IMG/VR virus record: IMGVR_UViG_3300023119_000004
Length of the DNA: 64,000 nucleotides
DNA from: a virus
Lineage: Duplodnaviria; Caudoviricetes
Reading direction: 5' to 3' (one strand)
This document shows positions 25,378 to 35,429 of this stretch, in pieces. Below the pieces are notes generated by a model that had not been told where the DNA came from, searched no databases, and saw nothing but the letters and a program-made list of their open reading frames with translations. The position numbers and the translations under genes are program-made. The first letter of the stretch is position 1. Each line of letters starts with the position of its first letter.

Positions 25378-25601
25378 TTCTTTCCTTTATTTTTTAAGAT
25401 CTCTTTGGGTGTTAAGTTACCTGGATCTAATTTTGCTATACGACAGTTAAACAAGTTACGCTTTCCTTTGCTTGTTATAACTGTTGGTTGTCCGTATTGA
25501 TCGATTTCTATGCCTTTAATTTTTGTTGTTACATTTCTAAATTTGCCTACTTGGATTTCATCTCCAACTTTAATTTCTACTGTAAACGACTTCATGTCCA
25601 A
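25374..25601 (-). CDS. Hypothetical protein
   Basis: 75-aa ORF overlapping its neighbours. Confidence 0.6.
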   Translation of the reverse strand: MDMKSFTVEIKVGDEIQVGKFRNVTTKIKGIEIDQYGQPTVITSKGKRNLFNCRIAKLDPGNLTPKEILKNKGKK

Positions 25602-27055
25602 TCCACCTTTTCAATAGTAAATGGATACTCAGCCTCTTTATAAAATTTCTTTCTTGAAGTCAAATGTCTTTTTGCATATTTGCAAGTTGACGTGACATCC
25701 CAAATTTGTACAAAGTCTTTATCTTCTGCTTTTCGAATTCCACGTCCTATAGACTGAATGACCCGAACAAAAGATTTGCCAGGTTCAATAAGAACCAAGT
25801 TAAAAATACGTGGTATATTAATTCCGACTGCGGCCACTCCATACGTTGCAACAATAACTTTATTTGTTGCATCACGGACTTCGTCATACGCATCCTTTCT
25901 ATCTTTTATTTTAACATCACCTTTAATAAACACAGCGTCTGGAATATGTTCCAGAATCTGTTCTCCGGCACTAATCCTATCAACTAGAATTAGTGTATTA
26001 CCGGAGTCTTTGATCTTGTTTAATAATTTGCCTATGTATTCGAGCCTATGCTTGTTTGTTACAAGGTATTTTAGTTCTGACTGATAATCACTAAATTCTT
26101 GTGTATCTAACATCTGTAAAACATTAACATGACAGTTAGATAGCACACCTTTGTCTTGTAATTCTTTTGCTGTAATGCTTCCAATAACAGGACCTAAACT
26201 TGCTAGGATGCTTTGGAATTCAAATTGTTCTTTAGGTATAGTACCTGTTAGTCCCCAACGTATCGGAGCATTTTTCAAATTTTGTGTTAGTAATTTTTTA
26301 AGCACATCTGCTTTTGCTTGGTGTACTTCGTCAACAATAATTGTGCTTACACCATCTAAAAATTCTGCTAGTGAAAGAATATCTTCACCGTTTTTATTTC
26401 TTTTGTCTAGTATGTTTAAGGATTGCCACGTACAGATTGTATGAGTTTTACCTAACTCTTTTCTATCGCCAAAATACACACCTACATCTAAACCGCAGTT
26501 AATATAATCTTCTTCTGTTTGTACAACCAAAGACTTATTTGGAACAATAACTAGACTACGCCCAAATGGTTCACACAGATGTGAAAGTGTAGCAGTGGTA
26601 ATAGTTTTACCTGCGCCAGTTGCAATTTCTTGTAGGCTTTGCGGATTCTTTAAAAAGTTATTAATTGCTTCTACTTGATAATCACGTAAAACAATTTCTT
26701 CGCCTTCTGCTGGATGACCTTCTGGCCAGCATACGCCTTGGTCTGCCCAATAGCGTTCATTTATTTCTGGAAATGTTAAATCGTGTTTTTCTCTACGATC
26801 AACAACTTCAGCAATTTCAACACCTGCATCAACAAGTGTGTTTATAATAACATCAAGGTGGTTAACGTAGCCAGTACCACCAATTCCAAAAAAGTTAACA
26901 GTTCCATCCCATCTCCCTAGTTTGTATTGTGGAAGATAACGAGCGTAAGGTACTTGAAACTTTAACTTGTTAGCAATCTTACGTCTGTATTCTACAGGTA
27001 AGTTTTCTACCTTTACATTTACTTCATCTTGAATAACTATTCTACAACTAATCAT
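25592..27055 (-). CDS. uvsW: SF2 DNA helicase UvsW
   Basis: LRDYQ, ATGAGKT, VDEVH, GLTGT and QSIGRGIR motifs. Confidence 0.9.
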   Translation of the reverse strand: MISCRIVIQDEVNVKVENLPVEYRRKIANKLKFQVPYARYLPQYKLGRWDGTVNFFGIGGTGYVNHLDVIINTLVDAGVEIAEVVDRREKHDLTFPEINERYWADQGVCWPEGHPAEGEEIVLRDYQVEAINNFLKNPQSLQEIATGAGKTITTATLSHLCEPFGRSLVIVPNKSLVVQTEEDYINCGLDVGVYFGDRKELGKTHTICTWQSLNILDKRNKNGEDILSLAEFLDGVSTIIVDEVHQAKADVLKKLLTQNLKNAPIRWGLTGTIPKEQFEFQSILASLGPVIGSITAKELQDKGVLSNCHVNVLQMLDTQEFSDYQSELKYLVTNKHRLEYIGKLLNKIKDSGNTLILVDRISAGEQILEHIPDAVFIKGDVKIKDRKDAYDEVRDATNKVIVATYGVAAVGINIPRIFNLVLIEPGKSFVRVIQSIGRGIRKAEDKDFVQIWDVTSTCKYAKRHLTSRKKFYKEAEYPFTIEKVDWT

Positions 27056-28359
27056 ATTAAGTCTACTGTCTCGCTTATTCTTCCATGCTTATTAAGTGTG
27101 TCTGCATCATATTGCAAATATAAATCTTTTCCTTGTAACCAACTATCAATATTACCACGAATAGATTCTCTAGTGTAATGAAATACACAAATTGGATCCC
27201 AGTCGCTTCTAATTAATGGCTTGGATATTTTATTACTACTAGCATACACTACTTTAGTGTTTTTGTCAACATAATTATTTAATCCCTTATCCTTCACAAA
27301 TTGGTTAAATTCATTCACACCATTTTTATCATTATCTAATCTAAACATTACACTCATTTCTTTTGCAGGAATAATATGTGTAAGTCTGCTATGCAAATTA
27401 ATTAAATTATCCAATGCGGTGTGGTCGTCTAGCAACACTAATAATGGAAAACGATCTAGTTCTGTTAAACTTTCAACTAGGGCATCTAATGTCCATTTTG
27501 TTGAATTTACACAAACATTTCTGCCTGCTCTGTCAATAAGTTTCTTTGTTAGGTCGTTTAGATATCTAAAGTTATCACTAACAATACCTTGATCAAAATG
27601 TTCAAGACCATACATTCTACGTCTATCATAAAACTTATAAAGTGTTTCGTCTGACGGAGAACCGATATCTTCTAAAATATTATCAACTGCTTTCTGTGGC
27701 AAATTTTTAACTTCGTTATTATAAATGCCTGGAATATAATCTTGTTTGTTATTTTCAAATTCTAATAATTTATTATAAATTTCCATAACTGCATCGTCGA
27801 TATCAAACTTCTCAGCAAACTTGTTTGCTATTGTTACAAGTTTGTATACATACTTTTCTGTAATAGGAAAGTAATGTTTGTGTTCGTTATAGAAGTAATC
27901 TTTATCACTTGAATTTTTTAGTTCAGTAAGTCTATCAATAACTTTTTTATTAAAAGGAAATCTAATAACAAGCATCTCCTCTTCTTCTCTTTTTTTAGGA
28001 TGTTTGCTAGTTTGAATTTTAATCCAGTGACTAGAATCAATTTGTCTGTACGGACTACGTAACTGATCAATATGATTACGAAGATCAATCTCGTGGATAT
28101 CAAATTGGTCTTGATAGTATTCTAACAACAAGTGTTTAACAAGTTTATGTTGTTTGCTTGTTAATGCCACTCCTCTGAAAACTTGCTTTGCAATGCTAAA
28201 CATAAGTCTATGATTATCGGGGTGCAATTTAAAACTATGCAAGTCTTGGAACTCTGGAATTCCAGTATACTTTAATTGGCTAATGCCTGCAACAAGTTCT
28301 AAGCAGTCCTCGCAAGTGATGGCATCAATAGATTCAATTTGTGGAAACGTTCTTTTCAT
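27052..28359 (-). CDS. Hypothetical protein
   Basis: 435-aa ORF upstream of uvsW. Confidence 0.75.
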   Translation of the reverse strand: MKRTFPQIESIDAITCEDCLELVAGISQLKYTGIPEFQDLHSFKLHPDNHRLMFSIAKQVFRGVALTSKQHKLVKHLLLEYYQDQFDIHEIDLRNHIDQLRSPYRQIDSSHWIKIQTSKHPKKREEEEMLVIRFPFNKKVIDRLTELKNSSDKDYFYNEHKHYFPITEKYVYKLVTIANKFAEKFDIDDAVMEIYNKLLEFENNKQDYIPGIYNNEVKNLPQKAVDNILEDIGSPSDETLYKFYDRRRMYGLEHFDQGIVSDNFRYLNDLTKKLIDRAGRNVCVNSTKWTLDALVESLTELDRFPLLVLLDDHTALDNLINLHSRLTHIIPAKEMSVMFRLDNDKNGVNEFNQFVKDKGLNNYVDKNTKVVYASSNKISKPLIRSDWDPICVFHYTRESIRGNIDSWLQGKDLYLQYDADTLNKHGRISETVDLI

Positions 28360-28377
28360 AATAGTTATTATATGATA

Positions 28378-29223
28378 TTATAGACTAGAAGTCAAGCGTT
28401 TAAGTGGATTTCCTGTACTTATTTCTTCAATTGTCCACTCAGTATATGCTAGATCATTTGCCCATTGTTGCCTATCAGGATATTTTAAATTATTGATATC
28501 ACCAAACCAATCGTTACTAACATCGTATGCTAGACTGTGTTCACTAACACAAACTGGAACACCTTGCATAGCAGATTGTAATCCTGGGTTGCTACTAAAA
28601 CTATAAACCAAATATACGTTAGTTAAATCAAAGTCGTAATCGTCATATGTGTTAATTATTTGTCTTGGTTCTTGTCTAACAACATTTTCAAATTCATATT
28701 CTATTGCAGGTAAAGGACATCGCGGGTGTGGACGTAAAATAATACGCTTAGATGTTTGTTTGCGTATATGTTCGATTGTTTTTAAAATTAAATTAGATTG
28801 TGATATGTTAGCAAGTTGTTGACTCTTATCGTGTTGAGTACAAAATAAGATGTCGCCGGTATTATCTGTTTTCCAAGGTTTAAGTTCTAATCCAAGTCCC
28901 TCAAACCTGCTACTGCTATTGCCGCTACTGCCAAAATAAGCATCTCTATTGATTCCATTTATACCTACCTTCCATGTTGAATTACGCTTTAGTCCTCCGA
29001 CTTCGAGGACCACAACCGGTCTGCCCTGTTGTCTAAAAAACTGCCATACGGTCCTGTTCTTAGACATTCGACCGTTCCAAAGAACAGACCAAATAACAGG
29101 AACATCACAATCATAATCATTGAAGACAATATCATGACCGAGAAGACGAGCACCATTAGCAAAGGCATCAAAAACAGGTTTACTATTGAGGCTCCCATAA
29201 TCCGTAAATAAACTAAACTTCAT
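28378..29223 (-). CDS. GT-B-like protein (KpsS/Capsule_synth-like), paralogue 1
   Basis: ILRPHP, FSSNPGLQSAMQGVP and DRQQW..LAYTEW motifs. Confidence 0.6.
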   Translation of the reverse strand: MKFSLFTDYGSLNSKPVFDAFANGARLLGHDIVFNDYDCDVPVIWSVLWNGRMSKNRTVWQFFRQQGRPVVVLEVGGLKRNSTWKVGINGINRDAYFGSSGNSSSRFEGLGLELKPWKTDNTGDILFCTQHDKSQQLANISQSNLILKTIEHIRKQTSKRIILRPHPRCPLPAIEYEFENVVRQEPRQIINTYDDYDFDLTNVYLVYSFSSNPGLQSAMQGVPVCVSEHSLAYDVSNDWFGDINNLKYPDRQQWANDLAYTEWTIEEISTGNPLKRLTSSL

Positions 29224-30031
29224 TCCAATATGGTTCATTCCGAGGTGCTAACAAGTCTCTTTTACGACTACGACCTTCTTGCTTTCGTACACCTTTAAGG
29301 TGATCAAAGTATTGTCCTAGTTCGCAATTAATTAGCGGATGACCTTCTCCATTTACTAAATGTCCACTAAAGTCTTTTATGTTCGGATGCTCGACTCTAA
29401 TCTTTTTAAGTACTTGATCAAACACATAACTATCGTGCCATTCTTCCATTTTAAAAATTCCGTCCTCGGCTTCTTCATACACACGTTCAAATTCTTTTAA
29501 AAATGCTGTTGCACCTGGTGTGCGTAATGTCAATCCATAGAAGCCACACTCCGGCCATTTCTTATTTCTACCTAGGTAATGTAACCATTGGCTCATTGGC
29601 AACATGGCTCTTAATTGACCGTATGTAATAGGACTGTGTACATAAGAGTCAGCATCCATCCATACTAAAACATCAATGTTAGGGTCTCTAGCCGCGTCAA
29701 ATACAGCATAAGTTTTGTTAGCAAACCTCACGGCATCCCATTTAAATTCTTTGTGATGATCACGCGGTCTACGTGCTGGCCAAGGACATTTGCCATTTGC
29801 TTTAGGAACATCTTTCCAGCGTTCCTTAAATGCATTTAGCATTGGTAATGCATCTTTGGCTTGTCTAACTTCAATGTTTTGTGCATTGTGTGGAATAACC
29901 GGAATGCAATCTTCTGCATAAATTCTTAAATGAATACGTGGATCTACATTTTTAATCCAACTGTCAATAAAACGTTGAGCATATTCATCTAGTCCTTTTT
30001 GATGGAACGTTGTAATAACTGTTAAATTCAT
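29213..30031 (-). CDS. GT-A-like nucleotide-sugar transferase
   Basis: WDAVRFANKTYA, VWMDAD (DxD) and EWHDSYVFD motifs. Confidence 0.7.
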   Translation of the reverse strand: MNLTVITTFHQKGLDEYAQRFIDSWIKNVDPRIHLRIYAEDCIPVIPHNAQNIEVRQAKDALPMLNAFKERWKDVPKANGKCPWPARRPRDHHKEFKWDAVRFANKTYAVFDAARDPNIDVLVWMDADSYVHSPITYGQLRAMLPMSQWLHYLGRNKKWPECGFYGLTLRTPGATAFLKEFERVYEEAEDGIFKMEEWHDSYVFDQVLKKIRVEHPNIKDFSGHLVNGEGHPLINCELGQYFDHLKGVRKQEGRSRKRDLLAPRNEPYWNEV

Positions 30032-30957
30032 TTTACCCACTTCCTCATATGTTGCCAACAAACACCTTCTCGTAGATCTTTAAAACTCCAATGACATTGT
30101 GCAATCTTTCTAATCCACTTTTCTCTATCGCAAGGTCTTAAATCATTAATCTCTTGCATAGTTTTGTGTGCTACTTCACCTGCTTGACTTGCTTCTGGAT
30201 CTTCACAAATAATTGGAATACCTTCAATAACACTTGCAACTAGTGGTGAACTATTATAGCCAACAGTTACAAAACTCTTTTGTAGGTCGTGTTCAATTAA
30301 CGGTTCGAAACTAATCTTTACATTACGACCTTGTATCTTTTTACAATACTCTGGAGCCTTTTTATCACCTGGATGCGGTCTAACAATAATTGGTCTTTCT
30401 GTAAATTGTCTAATGTGGGCAATCTTTTCGTTTGCCCAATTAACAACATCTTTACCTTTCATCGACCAACCACCATTTCGCTGTAGACACAGCAGAACGT
30501 GTTCTCTTTCATTAATAGACCAAGGCTTTAATTTTACACCTAAATCTCTTTGTATCTTTTGCCATTGTTCGTCACCTGGGTTGTCATTACAGTATAATCC
30601 TGTGTTTTGAAAAACGCCATTAAAACTATAACGCAAATAATGATGCGGCTCGTTTTTTCTTGCTTTGTATAAGAATAGATTAGCGTCAGCAGTAACAAAC
30701 ATTTTATTATGTGTGTTTGATGCTATTTGTCTACGTAGGTTAATATGAGGCACGTGTTCGCTTTTATCATGCATAAATCCTTGCATAACAGCAACGTCAG
30801 ATGTTAGCATATCAAACCCTTCGTATAACAAACCGCTGTCTCCGCACATTCTAACACCTTCAATAAAGTTTTTTAAAATGTCGTGTTTGTGATTAGGCTT
30901 GTTAGGTTTTAGTGATTTACCTGGCGGAATAACTTTTGCATACGCTACTACTCTCAT
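30028..30957 (-). CDS. GT-B-like protein (KpsS/Capsule_synth-like), paralogue 2
   Basis: LCLQ, IVRPHP, YNSSPLVASVIEGIP and DREKW motifs. Confidence 0.6.
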   Translation of the reverse strand: MRVVAYAKVIPPGKSLKPNKPNHKHDILKNFIEGVRMCGDSGLLYEGFDMLTSDVAVMQGFMHDKSEHVPHINLRRQIASNTHNKMFVTADANLFLYKARKNEPHHYLRYSFNGVFQNTGLYCNDNPGDEQWQKIQRDLGVKLKPWSINEREHVLLCLQRNGGWSMKGKDVVNWANEKIAHIRQFTERPIIVRPHPGDKKAPEYCKKIQGRNVKISFEPLIEHDLQKSFVTVGYNSSPLVASVIEGIPIICEDPEASQAGEVAHKTMQEINDLRPCDREKWIRKIAQCHWSFKDLREGVCWQHMRKWVK

Positions 30958-31955
30958 TTTAATTTACTCCATGCATAACCGCTTAACATTTCTTCGTATG
31001 TAAATTGATTGTTTGCTAGATATCTACACAAGTATGTTACTGCTTTTCTGCCTGGATGTTCTGCAAACTCAACTCTTGAAAGTTTAGTTTCAGCAAGATC
31101 TTGAGCACAATTAGGACCTACTACAATAGCAGGTTTACCGTATAACATTGCTTCTACTGCGGCAATACTGTTATATGTTACTAGACAATGTACATCATCT
31201 GCTAGTGCTTGTTCCATTGTATTAACTGAAACTCTATCTTCTCTACTAGGCTTTTTACGTACAAAGATAGGACGTTTAGTATGCTTCTTTAATTCTTTAA
31301 CAGTATTTTCTAACCATTCATCTAGATTTTGATCAAAGTATTTCATTACTTTTTCACTAGGTGGTACAACTAAAACTTTGCTACCTGGAACCCAATCTTT
31401 AATTTGAATTGCTAGACTATTCCAACGTCCGCTACCATAATCTTCACTAGCATTAGGTCCGTCTCTATCTGGCATATGAAGATTTTGTAATGCATTTTTT
31501 ACAATTCTATGATAAATCTTTTTACCGTTTGGATTAACTTGGCTAGGATTATTTCCTACGTATCCTGTATCCATAAAGTAAAAATCTTTACCTCTTGCAA
31601 TACATTCTTTAATAAGTTTCTGTTTTCCTAACCCCCTAACAAGGAAAGGTGCAGGACTGTCCCAATATTGATCTACATCATCAGCACGAATATATTTTCC
31701 ATTAGAACCTAAAGCCATGCCCATAATAAAAGAATCAACAAGTCCAAAAGATCCTTTTACTTTCTTTTCAACTTTTTTAATTCCGCTGTCAATACAAATT
31801 AATTCTGGATTCTTAACTTCTTCAAATACTTCTGCTACTGCTTCCACGGCATGGACTTGTTGTCCTGTGGCAACACTATAAAGTATTTTGTCAATCGTTG
31901 CTTTTAAATGTGGTTTTAGCACTCTTGGATCCCATTCTCCGGAGTAGTCGCTCAT
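30954..31955 (-). CDS. GT-B-like protein (KpsS/Capsule_synth-like), paralogue 3
   Basis: FMDTGY, IFVRKKP and YNSIAAVEAMLYGKP motifs. Confidence 0.6.
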   Translation of the reverse strand: MSDYSGEWDPRVLKPHLKATIDKILYSVATGQQVHAVEAVAEVFEEVKNPELICIDSGIKKVEKKVKGSFGLVDSFIMGMALGSNGKYIRADDVDQYWDSPAPFLVRGLGKQKLIKECIARGKDFYFMDTGYVGNNPSQVNPNGKKIYHRIVKNALQNLHMPDRDGPNASEDYGSGRWNSLAIQIKDWVPGSKVLVVPPSEKVMKYFDQNLDEWLENTVKELKKHTKRPIFVRKKPSREDRVSVNTMEQALADDVHCLVTYNSIAAVEAMLYGKPAIVVGPNCAQDLAETKLSRVEFAEHPGRKAVTYLCRYLANNQFTYEEMLSGYAWSKLK

Positions 31956-31958
31956 ATA

Positions 31959-32642
31959 CTATTGCTCCATCATATCACTTAAACATTGTTTCCATTCCGC
32001 ATTAAATTCACAGTTTCTATAATTCTTAAACCAAGGTCCGCCTTCAGTATAATGTAATGCTCTTGGAGTACCGTCACCTTCTTTATACCAACCTACTAAC
32101 CAATTCCAATCAACTGGTAGTGAACCGATTTCTTCATCTTTGAGCCAACTGAAACGATGAAAGTATGCACCGTCATTGTTTGGATTGTTAACACTATCAA
32201 CAGTAACTTTTTCATTTGATGGGTGTCCACAATTCCAAAGTACAACACTTGACCAATTCTTACGTGGGTATACTGTTTGTACTTGTCCGTCCATTTTAAT
32301 TCCTGGCTTAGGTGTGTAATCGTGTTGTACACACATAACAGCATACTTGTCATCTGCTAATGCAAACAAGTTGTCGACATCTTCTAAAAATACAATGTCG
32401 CTGTCAATGAATAATGCCCAGCCTTTATAATTTGTTAAATGTGGAATTAAAAATCTTGTAAATGTAAATTCGGTAGATGCTAACTTATCAACTTCTCTCC
32501 AGTACACTTTTTGTTGACGCAGGTCGTCCTGGATTAGAGGTATAACATCTGTGTCTTTGTTGAACCTCTTTATACTATGCTCACAAACTTGGTAAGCAAT
32601 ATCTTCTCTAGTGTCATATCCTACGAATACTTTGTTACTCAT
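31959..32642 (-). CDS. Glycosyltransferase (GT8-like)
   Basis: VFVGYD.RE, STEFTFTRF, FIDSD, KNWSSV, WNWL and LHYTEGGPW motifs. Confidence 0.85.
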   Translation of the reverse strand: MSNKVFVGYDTREDIAYQVCEHSIKRFNKDTDVIPLIQDDLRQQKVYWREVDKLASTEFTFTRFLIPHLTNYKGWALFIDSDIVFLEDVDNLFALADDKYAVMCVQHDYTPKPGIKMDGQVQTVYPRKNWSSVVLWNCGHPSNEKVTVDSVNNPNNDGAYFHRFSWLKDEEIGSLPVDWNWLVGWYKEGDGTPRALHYTEGGPWFKNYRNCEFNAEWKQCLSDMMEQ

Positions 32643-33310
32643 TTATCTTTCTTCACCCATATTGCTGTTGTGTCAATAGTATGTATCTCTAGTGAGTCAC
32701 CAAACACCTCATGAAAGGCTTTTTTACTACCACCCCAATTGTGGTAATCGTCCAAAACCATTATTCCTCCGGGTACAACACGCGGCCAAAGTTTTTCCAA
32801 TTCTATTTTAGTGCTTTTATACCAGTCAGTATCTAGTCTAAGAAATGCTATTTTACTAGGCAAATTACCACCAAGTTTTAATGTTTGGCAAACATCTCCT
32901 TTAACAAACCTACATTGGTCCATAGGAATATGCTTTCTCACATTATCTATAACTTCTTCAATTTCTGCTCTGCACCATTGATTAAAACCTTTTTTTGCTT
33001 TAGCACTTTTCATTGCGTATGATGCCTTGCCCTTACTATCAATTTTATAATCATCTTTTGTTGGTATTGTCATACCTTCAAATGTATCATACAACCAAAA
33101 CATTCTTTTGCTTTTTTGGTTTGCAAGATATGCCGCAATAACTTGGCCTCCCTTCCAAACACCGCACTCAACAAAGTCGCCTTCGATGTTTTGTTTGTCA
33201 AGTTCTCGAATAGTACGTAAAGTGTGAACAATACGTCTTCCGCTAGTCATTGTAAGAGGACTAACCGTTTCTAGTATTGGTAATTCACTTGTGGTAGGAT
33301 AATAGTCCAT
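32639..33310 (-). CDS. TylF/MycF-family sugar O-methyltransferase
   Basis: GDFVECGVWKGG, YDTFEGM, LRLDTDWYKST and LDDY motifs. Confidence 0.88.
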   Translation of the reverse strand: MDYYPTTSELPILETVSPLTMTSGRRIVHTLRTIRELDKQNIEGDFVECGVWKGGQVIAAYLANQKSKRMFWLYDTFEGMTIPTKDDYKIDSKGKASYAMKSAKAKKGFNQWCRAEIEEVIDNVRKHIPMDQCRFVKGDVCQTLKLGGNLPSKIAFLRLDTDWYKSTKIELEKLWPRVVPGGIMVLDDYHNWGGSKKAFHEVFGDSLEIHTIDTTAIWVKKDK

Positions 33311-34074
33311 TACTGCCTTTCGATATCATCTTCTTCGCAGTAATCACCTATCTGTACTTCTAGTATATGACAAGGCTCGTCTGTGTCATTAATGCCTTGA
33401 TGCCATTGCATTTCATGAATAATGGCTCTTTGATGTGGACCTAGTTCTGACATAATTTCAAAGTCTGTGCTACCGTTTATAGTTCCAATAGTACAGTTGC
33501 CTTTTAAAATATACCAAAACTCTGAACGACTTTTGTGTCGTTGCATACTTAATCTTGACTTAGGATTAATTACCAGTTCTTTAACTTTGTAACCTTTTGC
33601 TTGATCAAGCACACGCCAGTATCCCCAATCACGCTCGGTCTTTTGTGTTTTCCAGTTGTCTAATATCCAACTTGAACTATTCTTTTTATTATCGCCACCA
33701 ACACCATATGCAAATGTTAGTTCGCCTGTGTTGTCGTCAAATAGTTCTGGAATGTTATCGGCTTGTCTATCTCCGCCGTTGGCAAAAATAATTTCTATGT
33801 TTGGATAAAGACTACGTGTTTTTCGAATTGCATCAGTAGCACTATCGTCGTCATCGTTAAAATTAATTACACGATCAACACACGCTAGTTCACCGATAAC
33901 AGAAGCACGTTCTTCCCAAGTTAAGAATGGCCTACCTTTTTTACGGGTAAGCCATTCGTCACTGTTTAGTCCGACAATTAACTTGTCGCCAAGTTCTTTT
34001 GCGGCCTTAAAATAATCAATATGTCCTGAATGTAATGGATCAAATCCACCAGTTACTAATACTACGCTCTTCAT
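33310..34074 (-). CDS. Cytidylyltransferase-family enzyme fused to a C-terminal cupin
   Basis: TGGFDPLHSGH (HxGH), GLNSD, FANGGDR; then LSMQRH..RSEFW and ILEVQ.G (MPI type II-like cupin). Confidence 0.85.
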   Translation of the reverse strand: MKSVVLVTGGFDPLHSGHIDYFKAAKELGDKLIVGLNSDEWLTRKKGRPFLTWEERASVIGELACVDRVINFNDDDDSATDAIRKTRSLYPNIEIIFANGGDRQADNIPELFDDNTGELTFAYGVGGDNKKNSSSWILDNWKTQKTERDWGYWRVLDQAKGYKVKELVINPKSRLSMQRHKSRSEFWYILKGNCTIGTINGSTDFEIMSELGPHQRAIIHEMQWHQGINDTDEPCHILEVQIGDYCEEDDIERQ

Positions 34075-34089
34075 AGTATTATTTAACAG

Positions 34090-34668
34090 TTATCGATTTT
34101 CAGCCTCAATATATTGGAGCATTGTTTCAGGGTCTGAAACTTCGTAAGGATCCATGTCAGTTCCTTCGTTGTTAAAGCCTGGTTCTACAAATGCTTCTTG
34201 GACAATGCCATTGTCAACAAATAAAGAATAACGCCAACTTCTATTAGCAAATCCTAAATGTCTTTTGTTAACAAGCATACCAATACCGTGTGTAAAGTCT
34301 GCATTACCGTCTGATAGTAATTTAACTTTCTCTACACCAAGTTGTTTGGCCCAAGCATTCATTACGAATCCGTCGTTAACGGATACACAATAAATCTCAT
34401 CTACACCTGCATCTTTAAACTTTTCGTACATTTCTTCGTACTTAGGAAGTTGTTCACTTGAACACGTTGGAGTAAATGCTCCTGGTAATCCAAAGATAAC
34501 AACTTTTTTGTTTGCAAAAAGATCTTTTGAATCTACTTGTACAAACTCACCGCCGATGGCACATCCTCCGTCATCTGCAACTTCGTCACCGATTCTATTA
34601 ATAAAAGTGACATGGGGTAGTGAATCCCATTTTTGAATCGCTTGTCTAGCGCCTGGATGTTGATACAT
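34090..34668 (-). CDS. Peroxiredoxin (Prx5-like)
   Basis: FGLPGAFTPTCS, CVSVNDGFVMNAW and RSWRYS motifs. Confidence 0.9.
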   Translation of the reverse strand: MYQHPGARQAIQKWDSLPHVTFINRIGDEVADDGGCAIGGEFVQVDSKDLFANKKVVIFGLPGAFTPTCSSEQLPKYEEMYEKFKDAGVDEIYCVSVNDGFVMNAWAKQLGVEKVKLLSDGNADFTHGIGMLVNKRHLGFANRSWRYSLFVDNGIVQEAFVEPGFNNEGTDMDPYEVSDPETMLQYIEAENR

Positions 34669-34689
34669 AATATTTCCTGTAGTTAAAAA

Positions 34690-35145
34690 TTAAAGACTTG
34701 CGTCTTCCATACCTGCTACACGCAGTTTAACAATGTTAGTAATCTGCCATTGTTTTTGGTCGAGTCCTTTTGTTATACCCAACCATTTGTTTCGCATTAA
34801 TGCGAATTCGTTGATGATTTTTTCCATGTCTACTACGTCTGCTTCGCCGTCAACATACTTTTCTACATCTCTGCTACTCAAAGCACGTTGATAATTCTCT
34901 AAATATTTTTTAAAGAAACTGCTACGCAGACGTCTCAACTCAATGTTCAGGTATTCTAAAATTGCCTCTAATTCCTGTAATTGATTAAAACGCTGTTCAA
35001 CTAACCCTGGCATTTCTGCAGAAGCCTTTTCGATATTCCCGTATACACGGCACTCTTTTTTGGCTTCGAGTAGTTCGGTTTCGTAATAATCAATAGCATT
35101 AGGAATTTGTGAAATATCCTTAGCAATTTTTGAATACCATCCCAT
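34690..35145 (-). CDS. uvsY: Recombination mediator UvsY
   Basis: YLENYQRALSSRD.EKYVDGE...RNKWLG..KGLD.K pattern; next to uvsX. Confidence 0.75.
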   Translation of the reverse strand: MGWYSKIAKDISQIPNAIDYYETELLEAKKECRVYGNIEKASAEMPGLVEQRFNQLQELEAILEYLNIELRRLRSSFFKKYLENYQRALSSRDVEKYVDGEADVVDMEKIINEFALMRNKWLGITKGLDQKQWQITNIVKLRVAGMEDASL

Positions 35146-35378
35146 TAATCGTAATCCTCATCATCGTAGACATCTTCGTCAATGTCCTCTTCTAGGTAAT
35201 ACCCAATAGCCTTGTCTAAATGATTACAAGTGCCTAAAGCATCTCTAAAAGATTCGTCTGACGTACCATAATCGGCACAGACGTCTACGTATTTTTCAGC
35301 AATAGTTTCAATATGCTTCTTGTCTACATATTCTTTAAACGTTTGCCAAATGTCTACTACTTGTGAACCTGATTCCAT
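35145..35378 (-). CDS. Small acidic hypothetical protein
   Basis: 77-aa ORF between uvsX and uvsY. Confidence 0.7.
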   Translation of the reverse strand: MESGSQVVDIWQTFKEYVDKKHIETIAEKYVDVCADYGTSDESFRDALGTCNHLDKAIGYYLEEDIDEDVYDDEDYD

Positions 35379-35429
35379 AGAATTTGTCTCCTATAAATTA
35401 TCTACGGTATTTATAATCGTCATACTATT

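Noticed and set aside
34090-34668. Peroxiredoxin as a novel auxiliary gene
   Set aside because: Redox auxiliary genes are already well known in aquatic myoviruses; nothing unusual is visible here.
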